The notes under the pieces were generated by a model. That model did not search any database. It was not told the DNA's origin and worked only from the letters and a program-made list of their open reading frames with translations. From contig JBNGBT010000007.1 in the NCBI GenBank assembly GCA_049903315.1, positions 64,360 to 128,359 of the forward strand: 64,000 nt of DNA, in the 5' to 3' direction. The stretch is from Candidatus Cloacimonadota bacterium (GTDB taxonomy: Bacteria > Cloacimonadota > Cloacimonadia > JGIOTU-2). Positions 1-10,584 of this stretch are shown piece after piece. Numbering within the stretch: the stretch's first letter is position 1; every line of letters begins with the position of its first letter. Position numbers and translations under genes: made by a program.

Positions 1-2
1 AT

Positions 3-602
3 ATATTGGTTGGCAGCGGTGGTGTACTTTCTCACGCACCTCGAAGAAACCAGTCTGCGATGATGATGATCGATGCATTTCTTCCCGAAGGCATCACACG
101 CCTTGCGGTTGATAGTATATTCATGATGCCGCAGCTTGGTGTACTGTCAACGATCAGTGAAAAGGCAGCACAAGAAGTATTTGAAAGAGATTGTCTTATC
201 CATCTAGGAACCTGCATCGCGCCAAAAGGTAAGTATAAACAAGGTAAAACAGCGCTTAATGCGAGGATCGAACTGCCAAATGGAGAGATCTACGAAGAGA
301 GTATCCCGTTTGGAGAGATCGTCAGATTGAATCTTGGTGTTGGTGAAAATGCAAAAGCAATTTTAAAACCATCAAGTGGATGCGATCTTGGTACAGGGAA
401 GAATACTGAAGTTGAAACTACGATTTCTGGTGGTGTTGTTGGTATTATTATTGATACTCGCGGAAGAGAATTGTATTTTGATGAAAAGCTGAACAAAGAA
501 ACAATGAGCGCTCATATTCCATCGGATAATGCAGCACGAGTCGAATCGTTGAAAAAGTGGATGAAAGCTCTCGAAGTCTATCCCCAAGAATGGTTATCAT
601 AG
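3..602 (+). CDS. Glutamate mutase L (GlmL/MutL-like) family protein, C-terminal part; 5' end lies outside the window
   Basis: Frame is open from the window edge. GSGGVLSHAP and VDSIFMMPQLGVLS...DCLIHLGT motifs are typical of the long GlmL-like family. Confidence 0.75.
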   Translation: MLVGSGGVLSHAPRRNQSAMMMIDAFLPEGITRLAVDSIFMMPQLGVLSTISEKAAQEVFERDCLIHLGTCIAPKGKYKQGKTALNARIELPNGEIYEESIPFGEIVRLNLGVGENAKAILKPSSGCDLGTGKNTEVETTISGGVVGIIIDTRGRELYFDEKLNKETMSAHIPSDNAARVESLKKWMKALEVYPQEWLS

Positions 603-611
603 GAGGTTCAC

Positions 612-1736
612 ATGGCACAAGCATATACTCCCGGATTGACAATAACAAAAAGTATTATTCTGAGAAAAGATAGAATCCTTCCTCTCAAAGGTGAAGTTGT
701 GGTAAAAGTAGGGGACAAGGTCACTGCAGATGACAATGTCGCAAAAACCGATTTACCAGGTGACGTTATCGCAATCAATATCGGCAATAAACTCGGAGTC
801 CCGCCCTCTGATGTTTTGTCAAAAATGCAGAAAAAAGAAGGTGAAAAAATAAAAAAAGATGAACCTCTCGCAATGAGCCAGAGTATGTTCGGTCTTTTTA
901 AATCTATTGTGAAATCACCGATTACCGGCACAGTCGAGAATATTTCGAGTATCACAGGACAAGTTCTTCTTCGAGAACCTCCGGTCCCAATAACCGTGAA
1001 AGCATTTATTGATGGCGTCGTCAGCAAGGTTTATGAAAATGAAGGCGTCCAGATAGAGAATAAATCTGCCTATATACAGGGAATCTTCGGCATTGGTGGT
1101 GAGATTACTGGTGAAATCAAAGTTCTTGTTGATGGACCAGATGCCGAACTCCTGCCTGAACAGATTGATAATTCATGTAAGGATAAGATCATAGTGGGCG
1201 GTTCTATGGTGCGCCTGCCGGCTATTAAGAAAGCAATTCAAGTTAATGCAAAAGGCATTGTTATAGGCGGTATTGATGACCAGGATCTTAAAGACCTGCT
1301 TGGCTATGATATCGGTGTTGCAATAACCGGACATGAGGAGATTGGGTTGACTCTCGTTCTCACAGAAGGTTTTGGCCCAATTAAAATGGCTGCAAAAACG
1401 TATGAAATATTAAAAGAATTCGAGGGTTATAAGACTTCCATGCACGGCAAAACCCAGATCAGAGCCGGTGTGATGAGACCAGAGATAATTATTCCAATTC
1501 CATTTAAAGAAGAAGAGTTGAAAGCCAAAGAGAAAGAAATCTCAGGACTGAAAATTGGTAGTATAATTCGAATTATCCGAGAACCTCATTTCGGAGAGAT
1601 CTGTGAAGTGACGGCACTTCCCGAAGAACTTGTTGTAGTTGAATCTGAAACAAAAGTGCGTGTACTCAAGGCAAAAATGGACGATGGCATTGAAGTTACA
1701 GTTCCACGTGCAAATGTTGAAGCTATTGAAGATTAA
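612..1736 (+). CDS. Conserved hypothetical partner of the GlmL-like protein, with barrel-sandwich-hybrid-like repeats and a C-terminal KOW/SH3-like domain
   Basis: AGGAGG RBS; N-terminus MAQAYTPGL; hybrid-like segments VKVGDKV and KSPITGTVENI; C-terminal GSIIRIIREPHFG...VPRANVE. Confidence 0.7.
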   Translation: MAQAYTPGLTITKSIILRKDRILPLKGEVVVKVGDKVTADDNVAKTDLPGDVIAINIGNKLGVPPSDVLSKMQKKEGEKIKKDEPLAMSQSMFGLFKSIVKSPITGTVENISSITGQVLLREPPVPITVKAFIDGVVSKVYENEGVQIENKSAYIQGIFGIGGEITGEIKVLVDGPDAELLPEQIDNSCKDKIIVGGSMVRLPAIKKAIQVNAKGIVIGGIDDQDLKDLLGYDIGVAITGHEEIGLTLVLTEGFGPIKMAAKTYEILKEFEGYKTSMHGKTQIRAGVMRPEIIIPIPFKEEELKAKEKEISGLKIGSIIRIIREPHFGEICEVTALPEELVVVESETKVRVLKAKMDDGIEVTVPRANVEAIED

Positions 1737-1757
1737 TTGATATTAGTATAAAATATT

Positions 1758-1785
1758 AAAGGGCACCGTCGAGTGCCCTTTTTTA
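1758..1785. terminator. Bidirectional intrinsic terminator
   Basis: AAAGGGCAC-CGTCGA-GTGCCCTTT followed by a T run, between convergent genes. Confidence 0.85.
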
Positions 1786-1803
1786 TTACTTGAAATTGTT
1801 TAA

Positions 1804-3147
1804 CTAAAACTCTGTTCCGCTTGAGAAATTAAAATTACTGATTTTCATTGCAGGAACAAGGAAACCACCGCCAAAGAAAGCACCTGCGATCTCAGCAGTA
1901 TCTCCAATCTCTTCTATATTTGAGAAAATATTAATAACACTATCCGTAAAACGCATGTTCTTCAGAGGTTTAGTTATCTTGCCATTCTCTACCATAAAGA
2001 ATCCGTCTCGCGTCATACCAGTTACTAACAATGCAATAGGATCGATAATATTTGAATAGTGGAAATGAGTGACCAGCACACCTTTTTCGGTATTCTTGAT
2101 CATTTTTTCGACCGAACTCTTTCCTGTTTCAAACCTCATTGCAAAAGGATATGCTGCTTGTGTGGGTAGTGGGATTGCATGTCCGTTATTCTCGACACCT
2201 GTCTCTTTTGCAATCCACCTATTCGTTGCAAAACCTTTAGGAATACCTTTGTGAATGAGCGTCATTGGCTTCACGGGCATTCCCTCAAAATCAAAGGGCT
2301 GCGAGCCGATAATAGGACTATAGGGATCTTCAAAAACATTGAGTTTTTCTGAAAACACTTTTTTATTCAATCCATCTTTGAGGAAAGATGTTCCTTCGAT
2401 ATAGTCCATGCCGTTGAATCCTCTCCACAGAAGGAAAAGAACAAATTCAGCTACTGCTGCCGGCTCCATTATGACAGTATATTTTCCGGGCTTCAAATTC
2501 TCAGGATATTTGCTCTTCAGCGCTTTTTCGACCGCTATATTTCCCGCTTTTTCCACATCGATCTGACGAACATCCTTTTTGATGATCTCATGCCAACCGG
2601 AAGCAGCGCCATCCATTGCGGTAATACTAAATTCTGCGTTCGTAGAGATATCATAAGCAAAAAGTCCTTTGCTGTTTGCAAGTGCAATCTCAGAGGTTGA
2701 GTTTGAAAATATTCCTGCTCCCTCAAGATTGTTTTTCTTGCATATATTGACTGCTTTTGTAATACTTTCTGCACGCTGCTGTGGTGAAAATTCATCAGTA
2801 GATTTGCAGAAATTATCAACCTTTTGATATTTCTGCTGTTTCGGAAGTGGAAGAAGTTTATCATTATCTCTTTGCATTCTTGTCGCATCAATAGCCGCTT
2901 GAAGTGTTTGTTTAAGGGAATCATCATCTAATTTATTCGTGGTCGCAGTTGCAGTTTTTTTACCTATGATCGTTCGTATCCTGATATGATAGGATGTATC
3001 GCTTACATTTTGATGTATATAATTATCAGCATATCTTGTAAGCGCACTTTTATTTTTAAAGATCATGACCTCAGTTTCAACTTCTCGGGAAAGAGAACAA
3101 ATTTTCTGGGCTAATTCCCGCATCTCTGCGATATTATTCTGTCTCAT
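1804..3147 (-). CDS. TldD/PmbA family protein, PmbA/TldE-like (non-catalytic type)
   Basis: TRYADNYIHQNV, PGKYTVIMEPAAV, FDFEG and TGMTRDGFFMVENG motifs; no HExxxH. Confidence 0.85.
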   Translation of the reverse strand: MRQNNIAEMRELAQKICSLSREVETEVMIFKNKSALTRYADNYIHQNVSDTSYHIRIRTIIGKKTATATTNKLDDDSLKQTLQAAIDATRMQRDNDKLLPLPKQQKYQKVDNFCKSTDEFSPQQRAESITKAVNICKKNNLEGAGIFSNSTSEIALANSKGLFAYDISTNAEFSITAMDGAASGWHEIIKKDVRQIDVEKAGNIAVEKALKSKYPENLKPGKYTVIMEPAAVAEFVLFLLWRGFNGMDYIEGTSFLKDGLNKKVFSEKLNVFEDPYSPIIGSQPFDFEGMPVKPMTLIHKGIPKGFATNRWIAKETGVENNGHAIPLPTQAAYPFAMRFETGKSSVEKMIKNTEKGVLVTHFHYSNIIDPIALLVTGMTRDGFFMVENGKITKPLKNMRFTDSVINIFSNIEEIGDTAEIAGAFFGGGFLVPAMKISNFNFSSGTEF

Positions 3148-3199
3148 ATGAACTCCTGAATTTATTAATCGAATGTTTTTTCATCGCAGCTTATGTTTG

Positions 3200-3261
3200 T
3201 GTCAAGACTTTCATGTCTCACCACGATTTTGTTGACACAGAGTGATGTGCCTATGATAAAT
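3200..3261. promoter_or_regulatory. Divergent sigma70-type promoters for the pmbA-like gene and purA
   Basis: TGTCAA at 3200-3205 (minus-strand TTGACA) and TTGACA at 3232-3237 with an AT-rich -10 region. Confidence 0.5.
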
Positions 3262-3290
3262 ATTCAAGAATATTTAAAAAGAGGTTTCAA

Positions 3291-4559
3291 ATGCCAGTAA
3301 CTGTCGTCCTGGGGGCAATATGGGGAGATGAGGCAAAGGCAAAGATAGTCGATGCGCTTGCAGAAAACATGGATGCAATTGTGCGCTTCCAGGGTGGATG
3401 CAATGCAGGTCATACAGTCGTTCACGGCGATATAACATATAAATTTCACATAATCCCCGTTGGTATCCTTGATCCGGATATGATATGTATTATTGGAAAT
3501 GGCGTTGTGATAAATCTTGAAAGATTATTAGAAGAAATTCAGAATATTGAGTCAAAAGGGATTCATCTTGCTGAAAGATTTTTCATAAGTTCGCAGGCGC
3601 ACCTCACACTCCCTGTTCAGACCTATCTCGATGAGCTGGGTGAAAAACTGAGCGGAAAACAAGCAATCGGAACGACGAAATCAGGTATTGGACCAACCTA
3701 TTCTGATAAAGCTGCACGGCTTGGACTGCGCATGAGTGATTTGCTCGACAAGGAATACCTTGCCTACAGATTATCAAATCTTATCAATAATAAAAGAGAC
3801 ATACTCGGTTCATGGCTCGAGAATATCAGCTTGGAAGATTCTGTTGATATGCTATATGAGGTTGGAATTCAGCTCAAACCTTATATCAGCAACACTCCGT
3901 ATATGATCAACAATATGATCAAAGAAAATAAAAATATTCTTTTCGAGGGTGCTCAGGGAACACTCCTTGATATTGATTTCGGGACATATCCATTCGTCAC
4001 ATCTTCAAACTCAACCATTGGCGGAGCTTTGACTGGTGCCGGTATTAATCCAAGAAGTATTAATAAAATAATTGGCGTTATGAAGGCATATTTTACCCGT
4101 GTAGGAAACGGACCTTTCCCAACTGAACTGCATGATAAGATTGGGGAATACATTCGTGAAAAAGGGCATGAATACGGCACGACGACCGGGCGTCCGCGCA
4201 GATGCGGGTGGTTTGATGCAGTTGCCGCAAGTTTCTCTGTAATGCTCAATGGTTTTGACGAAATTGCACTTACTTTACTTGATGTCTATTCCGGCTTAGA
4301 TACGATCGAGATCTGCACAAGTTATACATTAGATGGTCTCAAGCTCGAGGAATATCCCGTTGAAACACGGCTATTACAAAAGGTTCAACCCACATATATT
4401 TCTCTTCCAGGGTGGAAAGAAGATATTTCATCAGTGAAAATATTTGAAGAACTACCTGAAAATGCCCGGAATTTTGTCCAGACTATAGAAGAACTGCTCG
4501 GTATTCCAATTAAGATCATTTCTGTTGGTGCAAAACGCAGCCAGACAATCTTTAGATAA
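3291..4559 (+). CDS. purA: Adenylosuccinate synthetase
   Basis: WGDEAKAK, GGCNAGHT, EGAQGTLLDIDFGTYPFVTSS and GTTTGRPRRCGWFD. Confidence 0.98.
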   Translation: MPVTVVLGAIWGDEAKAKIVDALAENMDAIVRFQGGCNAGHTVVHGDITYKFHIIPVGILDPDMICIIGNGVVINLERLLEEIQNIESKGIHLAERFFISSQAHLTLPVQTYLDELGEKLSGKQAIGTTKSGIGPTYSDKAARLGLRMSDLLDKEYLAYRLSNLINNKRDILGSWLENISLEDSVDMLYEVGIQLKPYISNTPYMINNMIKENKNILFEGAQGTLLDIDFGTYPFVTSSNSTIGGALTGAGINPRSINKIIGVMKAYFTRVGNGPFPTELHDKIGEYIREKGHEYGTTTGRPRRCGWFDAVAASFSVMLNGFDEIALTLLDVYSGLDTIEICTSYTLDGLKLEEYPVETRLLQKVQPTYISLPGWKEDISSVKIFEELPENARNFVQTIEELLGIPIKIISVGAKRSQTIFR

Positions 4560-4567
4560 AACAGTGC

Positions 4568-5209
4568 ATGAGTATCATCTGTCAAAACCTCACCTTTAGT
4601 TACTCAAAGAAAACATCCAATCCTCGACTTATTGAAAATTTCGATTTAGAGTTGAAAAAACAAGATACACTATGTCTTTACGGCGGAACCGGTTCAGGAA
4701 AAACAACTCTATTCAATTTATTCTTTAGAATATTAGAACCAGTAAAAGGAAAAATTCTCATTGATACTATGTCATTGCATAAAGAAAAAAAACTATCCGA
4801 CAAAGTTGCATTTCTGTTTCAGGATTCGGAAAGACAATTTGTTTTCCCGTCGATAAAAGATGAATATGATTTTTTAACAAATCAAAATGAGAATATAAAT
4901 ATCACACAAAATATCAGAGAGTTATGCGAAATATTCAATGTAAAAATTGGAGATCTTTTTAATAATGATATATATGAACTCTCTATGGGTGAACTCCGAT
5001 TGCTTCAGATCATTTTTTCCTTTTCTGCGAATACAGAATATTTGATTGTTGATGAACCTGGAGATCATCTCGAGGATAAACTTCGCAATAAATTATTCGA
5101 TCTCATAAAATCAACCAACAATAAAGGAATACTGATCCTTACCAAATATCCGGATTTGTATGATGCTGTTGCTAATACGAGTATTCCTATTAATTCAAGA
5201 CATACATGA
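4568..5209 (+). CDS. Divergent ABC ATPase, EcfA/CbiO-like
   Basis: Walker A GGTGSGKT, Q-loop FQDSERQF, signature LSMGE, Walker B LIVDEP. The switch His appears to be absent (LILTK). Confidence 0.75.
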   Translation: MSIICQNLTFSYSKKTSNPRLIENFDLELKKQDTLCLYGGTGSGKTTLFNLFFRILEPVKGKILIDTMSLHKEKKLSDKVAFLFQDSERQFVFPSIKDEYDFLTNQNENINITQNIRELCEIFNVKIGDLFNNDIYELSMGELRLLQIIFSFSANTEYLIVDEPGDHLEDKLRNKLFDLIKSTNNKGILILTKYPDLYDAVANTSIPINSRHT

Positions 5210-5217
5210 GGTTTGTT

Positions 5218-8200
5218 ATGAAAAAACTACTTATATTATTAATGATACTTTTTTTGAGTTCAGTGCTTAATGCAGGTGTACAGGAAGAATTTGATTTCGC
5301 AAAAAAGATGTATGATGATACTCTTTACGAAGAAGCAATAGGAAAATTCCAGAATATTATTCAGAAATATCCGGCTTCAACTCTTGCAGAGGAAGCTCAA
5401 TTTTATTTAGGTAATTCCTATATGGAGCTCGAGCAATATGTGAATGCATCCTTTACTTATAAACGTCTTCTGGATGATTATCCTGAGACAACACTCTACC
5501 CACAAACTGTTTTCAAGCTCGCAGAAAGTCTTTTTGAAAGTAAAAATTATTTTGAAGCAGCACAGTATTACCAGGACCTGATTTATAACTATCCTCAAAG
5601 TCCTTTTGCACTGCAATCTCTTAACAAGATCATTACTGCATTGAAAAATGCCGGTATGTATAATGAAGCGATTCTCATATCAATGGATATCGTAGAAAGC
5701 TTTACAGGCAAAGCCCAGATCCCGACTATCTTGCTCTCACTCGCATCTGTGTATCAACTCCATAATATGCCGGTCGAATATGAACAAACCCTTCTGGAAA
5801 TTGTTGAAATGTATCCTCAATCTGATGAAAAATGGGAAGCAATACAGGAATTATCACAGTATTATTACAATAATGAAATGCCCGATCAAGCCCTACAATT
5901 ACTCAAAAATGGGCTTACTGATACTATTCCTCGAGAATTTGAACAATCGCTGCTATTACTCTATGCAGAACTCCTTGAGCGGAGCGGGGAAAAGCATAAA
6001 TCTCTGGAACAATATATGGAATTTTATCGAAAATTCGACACATACCCACAACGGAATAAAATCGCTTATAAGATTGCTTCTCTCCAATTTGCACTTGAAG
6101 AATATAAGAATACAATCCTCACCTGCAATGAATTTGAGCAAAATTTCCCTATGGACGAGGTTACTCCGCAAATCCAATACCTGCTTGCATTTGCACAATA
6201 TCACCTTATAGATTATACTCGAGCATTATCAATTCTAAATAATATTGATCTCAAAAAAGCTTCACTCGAAATTCAAAAAGACATTCATCAGTTACATGCT
6301 CAAATCTTTATAAAACAAAAGGAGTACGAACCAGCGATCTCCTCTTATCTTGGCATTATAAAAAACTATTCTCACATTTCTGCAGTTGATTCCGTTTATT
6401 ATGAAATTGGTCAGCTCTACCAGAATTATCTGCAAAATTTCTCTGCTGCAATAAATTACTACAGTATTATTGTCACGACCTATCCGGAGAGTGAACTTCG
6501 TGGGCAGACATATTTGAATATGGCATTTTGCAGTGAACAACTCGGTCAATATCAGAGTGCTTTGGAGTATTACAAACAAGCGCTTTCTTCACGTTCTCTC
6601 ACCATAGAAGAACGAAATAACATTTCCGGCAAATTGGAATATATAGAACAATTTATGGAGAAAAATGAGAGTCGAGCGCTTGAGGATCTGGTTCAGACTT
6701 TTGCCCATTTTGTGCGAAATAATGATTATATTGCAACGATATATTCCCTAGCAAAGATCTATACAGATGATCTTAAGGAATTTAATAAAGCACTGCAACT
6801 TCTTGAGAGTGATCCTTTATCCGGCAGTGAACCAAGACTCTTATTATTGAAGGGAGAAATTTTTCTCAAACTTGCACAAAAAGCAATGATTGAAGAAGAT
6901 ACTGCTGTTGAAACATATTATACTAATGCACAACAAATTTTCGAATCTATTGTAACCGATTATTCTGACATTCCAGAGAAAGCATATGCAGAATTCTATC
7001 TTATCACCTTAAAAACTAGAATCTACGAGCCGGGAAGCGAGCTTTACATCACGAGCTTGCGACAACTCACACTCTCCTTCATCGATACCTATACTACATT
7101 TCCTTATATCGGTAAAATATATTTTAGTCTGGGAAAAGCACTTTTACAATATGATAAATCTGATGAGCAGACAATCACGTATCTCCAGAAAGCTGCCACA
7201 CTTACACAGGATGCAGAGATCAGAAATGAAGCATATCGCTACCTTGGTGATCTTTACTTTGAAAATGAAGGATACATTGCAGCCAGAAATCAATATCTGA
7301 AAATTGATGAAACAAAAATTTATGATGATCCTGAACTGCTCTATAATGTAGGAAATGTATATTACCAACTCAAATCATATTCTCAGAGTGTCGTTTATTT
7401 CGAGTATTATGTCCAAAATTACACAGCTCAAGAAAATTATATCGACGTACTCAACCTCCTCGCTTCTATCTATCTATCTATGAATGAGCCGCTTAAGGCA
7501 ATGAAATATTATGCAGTTCTCGCAGAAAAAGCACCGAACGACAGGCTCCTCCGCACACTTCGGAATCTTTATATTGACGAGGGTCAGTTTGAAGAAGCGA
7601 TTGAAATTTCCATGAAAATTGAAGCACTTACAAGTAAGGACAGGCGTATCCTTGCAGGCATCTATGAAGCTCAGGGTAATCTGAGTTATGCGATCCTGCA
7701 ATATGGACGGATTATCAGTCAGGTGACCGCAGAAGACACAATGCTCATAGATACTCAGCATCTTGCAGGCCTTCATATGCTGGTGGGAGATGTAACCAGT
7801 GCACTTGCTAACTATGCAAAAATCTACAATCTTACCGAGAGTTATAAAGATCCTTTTGAGAGTTTTCCATACTTAAATTGGTCGGAGATCGCGGAGAACA
7901 CCATCGTTGCTCAATATAAACTTAAAAACCGCACAAAAGCTGAACTTTACGAGAAATATTATAAATCCGTTATTAAAGATAAGATAGATGTCGAAGCTCA
8001 CATTGCACTTGAAAGAGGTATCTACTATGCCCAACTCGACCAAAAGAAAGCCCGAAAATTATTTGAAGAAGTGATTAAGGATTACAGCACCTCAGAGTAC
8101 GCTGACGATGCGTATCTTGAACTGGCGATCATGGCGCTGGAGAATAAGGAATTTGAAGAAGCGGAAACATATCTAACAACTTTGCTTGATAAATTTCCTG

Positions 8201-8811
8201 ATTCCGATCTGACCAACAATGTGTATCTTAAGTTGGGTTCTATGAACTTCAGTGAAGGAAATTTTCAGGAAGCGCTGGAGTATTATCAGAAAGTAATTCA
8301 GCGTGACACAGAAGGCACTTATGCGATGCAGGCGATCGAGAATTTTGCTTTGACCTGCAAATCCATGGGTGAATGGATGCTTGCGATCGAAGCATACCAG
8401 ATGCTGATCGACCGGTTTGGTTCACCGGAAATGACCCCCCAGACAATTTTTGAGATTTCATATTGCTATTATATGGATAAAGAATACAGAAAAGCCATAC
8501 AACTTTTCAAATCAATTCAGGATAAATTCACAGACAGCGAGGTAAAAGCTGAGATAATCTACTGGATAGGGGAATCATATTATGGACTTAAGGAATATGA
8601 CCAGGCAATAGAAACACTTCTCAAAATTGTGTATGACTATAGTTATCTGGATCAGTGGTATGTGAATGCAAATATCAAAATCGCAATCGCATACGAAAAG
8701 CTTCAGAAATTCGACAAAGCCCGTTTATTCTACAAAAATGTCATTGAACGCTACGGCACAAACTCCAATTGGGGGGCTGAGGCAAAAAAATTGCTGGACG
8801 CACTTCCCTGA
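5218..8811 (+). CDS. Large exported tetratricopeptide repeat protein (about 1200 aa)
   Basis: Signal peptide MKKLLILLMILFLSSVLNA with GAGGT RBS before ATG 5218 (alternative start 5206); many TPR units of the type A..Y..L...YP.S. Confidence 0.85.
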   Translation: MKKLLILLMILFLSSVLNAGVQEEFDFAKKMYDDTLYEEAIGKFQNIIQKYPASTLAEEAQFYLGNSYMELEQYVNASFTYKRLLDDYPETTLYPQTVFKLAESLFESKNYFEAAQYYQDLIYNYPQSPFALQSLNKIITALKNAGMYNEAILISMDIVESFTGKAQIPTILLSLASVYQLHNMPVEYEQTLLEIVEMYPQSDEKWEAIQELSQYYYNNEMPDQALQLLKNGLTDTIPREFEQSLLLLYAELLERSGEKHKSLEQYMEFYRKFDTYPQRNKIAYKIASLQFALEEYKNTILTCNEFEQNFPMDEVTPQIQYLLAFAQYHLIDYTRALSILNNIDLKKASLEIQKDIHQLHAQIFIKQKEYEPAISSYLGIIKNYSHISAVDSVYYEIGQLYQNYLQNFSAAINYYSIIVTTYPESELRGQTYLNMAFCSEQLGQYQSALEYYKQALSSRSLTIEERNNISGKLEYIEQFMEKNESRALEDLVQTFAHFVRNNDYIATIYSLAKIYTDDLKEFNKALQLLESDPLSGSEPRLLLLKGEIFLKLAQKAMIEEDTAVETYYTNAQQIFESIVTDYSDIPEKAYAEFYLITLKTRIYEPGSELYITSLRQLTLSFIDTYTTFPYIGKIYFSLGKALLQYDKSDEQTITYLQKAATLTQDAEIRNEAYRYLGDLYFENEGYIAARNQYLKIDETKIYDDPELLYNVGNVYYQLKSYSQSVVYFEYYVQNYTAQENYIDVLNLLASIYLSMNEPLKAMKYYAVLAEKAPNDRLLRTLRNLYIDEGQFEEAIEISMKIEALTSKDRRILAGIYEAQGNLSYAILQYGRIISQVTAEDTMLIDTQHLAGLHMLVGDVTSALANYAKIYNLTESYKDPFESFPYLNWSEIAENTIVAQYKLKNRTKAELYEKYYKSVIKDKIDVEAHIALERGIYYAQLDQKKARKLFEEVIKDYSTSEYADDAYLELAIMALENKEFEEAETYLTTLLDKFPDSDLTNNVYLKLGSMNFSEGNFQEALEYYQKVIQRDTEGTYAMQAIENFALTCKSMGEWMLAIEAYQMLIDRFGSPEMTPQTIFEISYCYYMDKEYRKAIQLFKSIQDKFTDSEVKAEIIYWIGESYYGLKEYDQAIETLLKIVYDYSYLDQWYVNANIKIAIAYEKLQKFDKARLFYKNVIERYGTNSNWGAEAKKLLDALP

Positions 8812-8837
8812 TCTTCCTCAAAAATGCATCTTAAACT

Positions 8838-10583
8838 ATGAAAAATCTCAAGCTGATAATCTCATATCTTAAGCAATATAAGAAAAGCATTGCTGTTGGA
8901 GTATTGTGTCTGATCTTAGTTGATGCCATCCAGATGGTCGTGCCAAAGATTATCCAGCATGTGATCGACTATCTCCACAAACCCGACTTCACTATGAATA
9001 CAATCCTCATGTTTTCAGGGATAATTTTCGGGCTTGCGATCCTTATGGCTGTTCTGCGCTACCTCTGGAGAATATTTCTAATCACAAATTCTTTTAAAAT
9101 AGAAAAGAAAATCCGCAATGATTATTATGAACATCTGCAAAAGCTTTCACCGCGCTTCTTTCAGGATCATAATACCGGTGATCTCATGGCGTATGCCACT
9201 AATGATCTGAATGCAGTGCGTATGCTTTTTGGCATTGGTGTAGTCCTCATTTTCGATGTAGTTTTTGTGACGATTGCTTCATTACTTCTTATGGGTAACA
9301 TCAACGTTAAAATGACACTTTTTGTCATAATTCCGCTTCCTATTGTGACTTTTGTCATGATCTATTTCGGGAAAAAAGTACATCGACTCTTCAAGAGAGT
9401 TCAAACGACTTTTGCGCATCTTTCGGACAGGGTTCAGGAAACGATTTCCGGCGTTCGTATAATCAAATCTTTTGTACGCGAAAAAGCATACGAGGACCGT
9501 ATCGGAAGTGTTGCAGAAGATCTTGTTGGTCAAAATATCAAACTGGTAAAAATATGGGGTATGTTTTTCCCTTTGATGTTCGCTATTATAGGAATCAGTA
9601 TGCTCTTAACCCTCTATATTGGAGGTACAAAGACGATCCTCCGGGAGATCACGATCGGAGAGTTCGTGGCATTCAACAGCTATCTTCACCTCATCATCTG
9701 GCCAGTGATCGCCGTGGGCTGGATTGTAAATCTGTATCAGCGAGGAACAGCATCACTCAACAGAATTCAGGATATTATGAACCAGAAGCCGGAGATCATC
9801 GATGAGCCGTGCGTAGATAATGCAATAACTTCTTTAGAAGGAAACATCAGTTTCAAACATCTCAGCTATGCCTATCCCGAGACAGACCTGCAAGTACTCA
9901 GTGATATCACTGTCGACATTAAAGCAGGCGAAACTCTTGCAATCGTCGGAAGAACAGGCGAAGGTAAAAGCACGATCGTCAAACTTCTTACTCGTATGTT
10001 CAATCCGGCTAGAAATGAAATATATATCGATGATCATGAAATTTATCAAATTCCCCTGAAAACACTCCGTCAGTCAATCGCTGTTGTCACTCAGGACATC
10101 TTTCTTTTTGCATCATCAGTACAGGAGAACATACAGTTCGGAAACGAAAATGTAACAAAGGATGATGTCATAGAAATCGCGCAGATATCACAATTTTATA
10201 ACGATGTAAAAGATTTTGAGATGGAATTTGATTCCATAGTCGGAGAAAGAGGAGTGTCGCTTTCAGGAGGTCAGAAGCAACGCCTCGCACTTTCCCGAGC
10301 TCTTATCAAGAATGCCCCGATCCTGATCCTCGATGATGCATTTTCTTCAGTAGATACTGAAACTGAGGAGATCATACTCAAGAATATTCGAATTAGCCAG
10401 AAAAGTAAAACCGTTCTCATGATCGCACACAGAATTTCTACCATGCAGCATGCAGATAAGATCATCGTGCTGTCTGACGGAAAAGTGGCAGAGCACGGAA
10501 CCCATGAATCGCTTCTCAAGCTCAATGGCATTTATACAGACATCTATAATCGTCAAAAGCTAAGAGAAGAACTGGAAATGTAA
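8838..10583 (+). CDS. ABC exporter, fused permease/ATPase, subunit 1 (MdlA/YheI-like)
   Basis: TM domain, GRTGEGKS, LSGGQKQR, degenerate Walker B LILDD. Confidence 0.92.
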   Translation: MKNLKLIISYLKQYKKSIAVGVLCLILVDAIQMVVPKIIQHVIDYLHKPDFTMNTILMFSGIIFGLAILMAVLRYLWRIFLITNSFKIEKKIRNDYYEHLQKLSPRFFQDHNTGDLMAYATNDLNAVRMLFGIGVVLIFDVVFVTIASLLLMGNINVKMTLFVIIPLPIVTFVMIYFGKKVHRLFKRVQTTFAHLSDRVQETISGVRIIKSFVREKAYEDRIGSVAEDLVGQNIKLVKIWGMFFPLMFAIIGISMLLTLYIGGTKTILREITIGEFVAFNSYLHLIIWPVIAVGWIVNLYQRGTASLNRIQDIMNQKPEIIDEPCVDNAITSLEGNISFKHLSYAYPETDLQVLSDITVDIKAGETLAIVGRTGEGKSTIVKLLTRMFNPARNEIYIDDHEIYQIPLKTLRQSIAVVTQDIFLFASSVQENIQFGNENVTKDDVIEIAQISQFYNDVKDFEMEFDSIVGERGVSLSGGQKQRLALSRALIKNAPILILDDAFSSVDTETEEIILKNIRISQKSKTVLMIAHRISTMQHADKIIVLSDGKVAEHGTHESLLKLNGIYTDIYNRQKLREELEM

Positions 10584-10584
10584 T

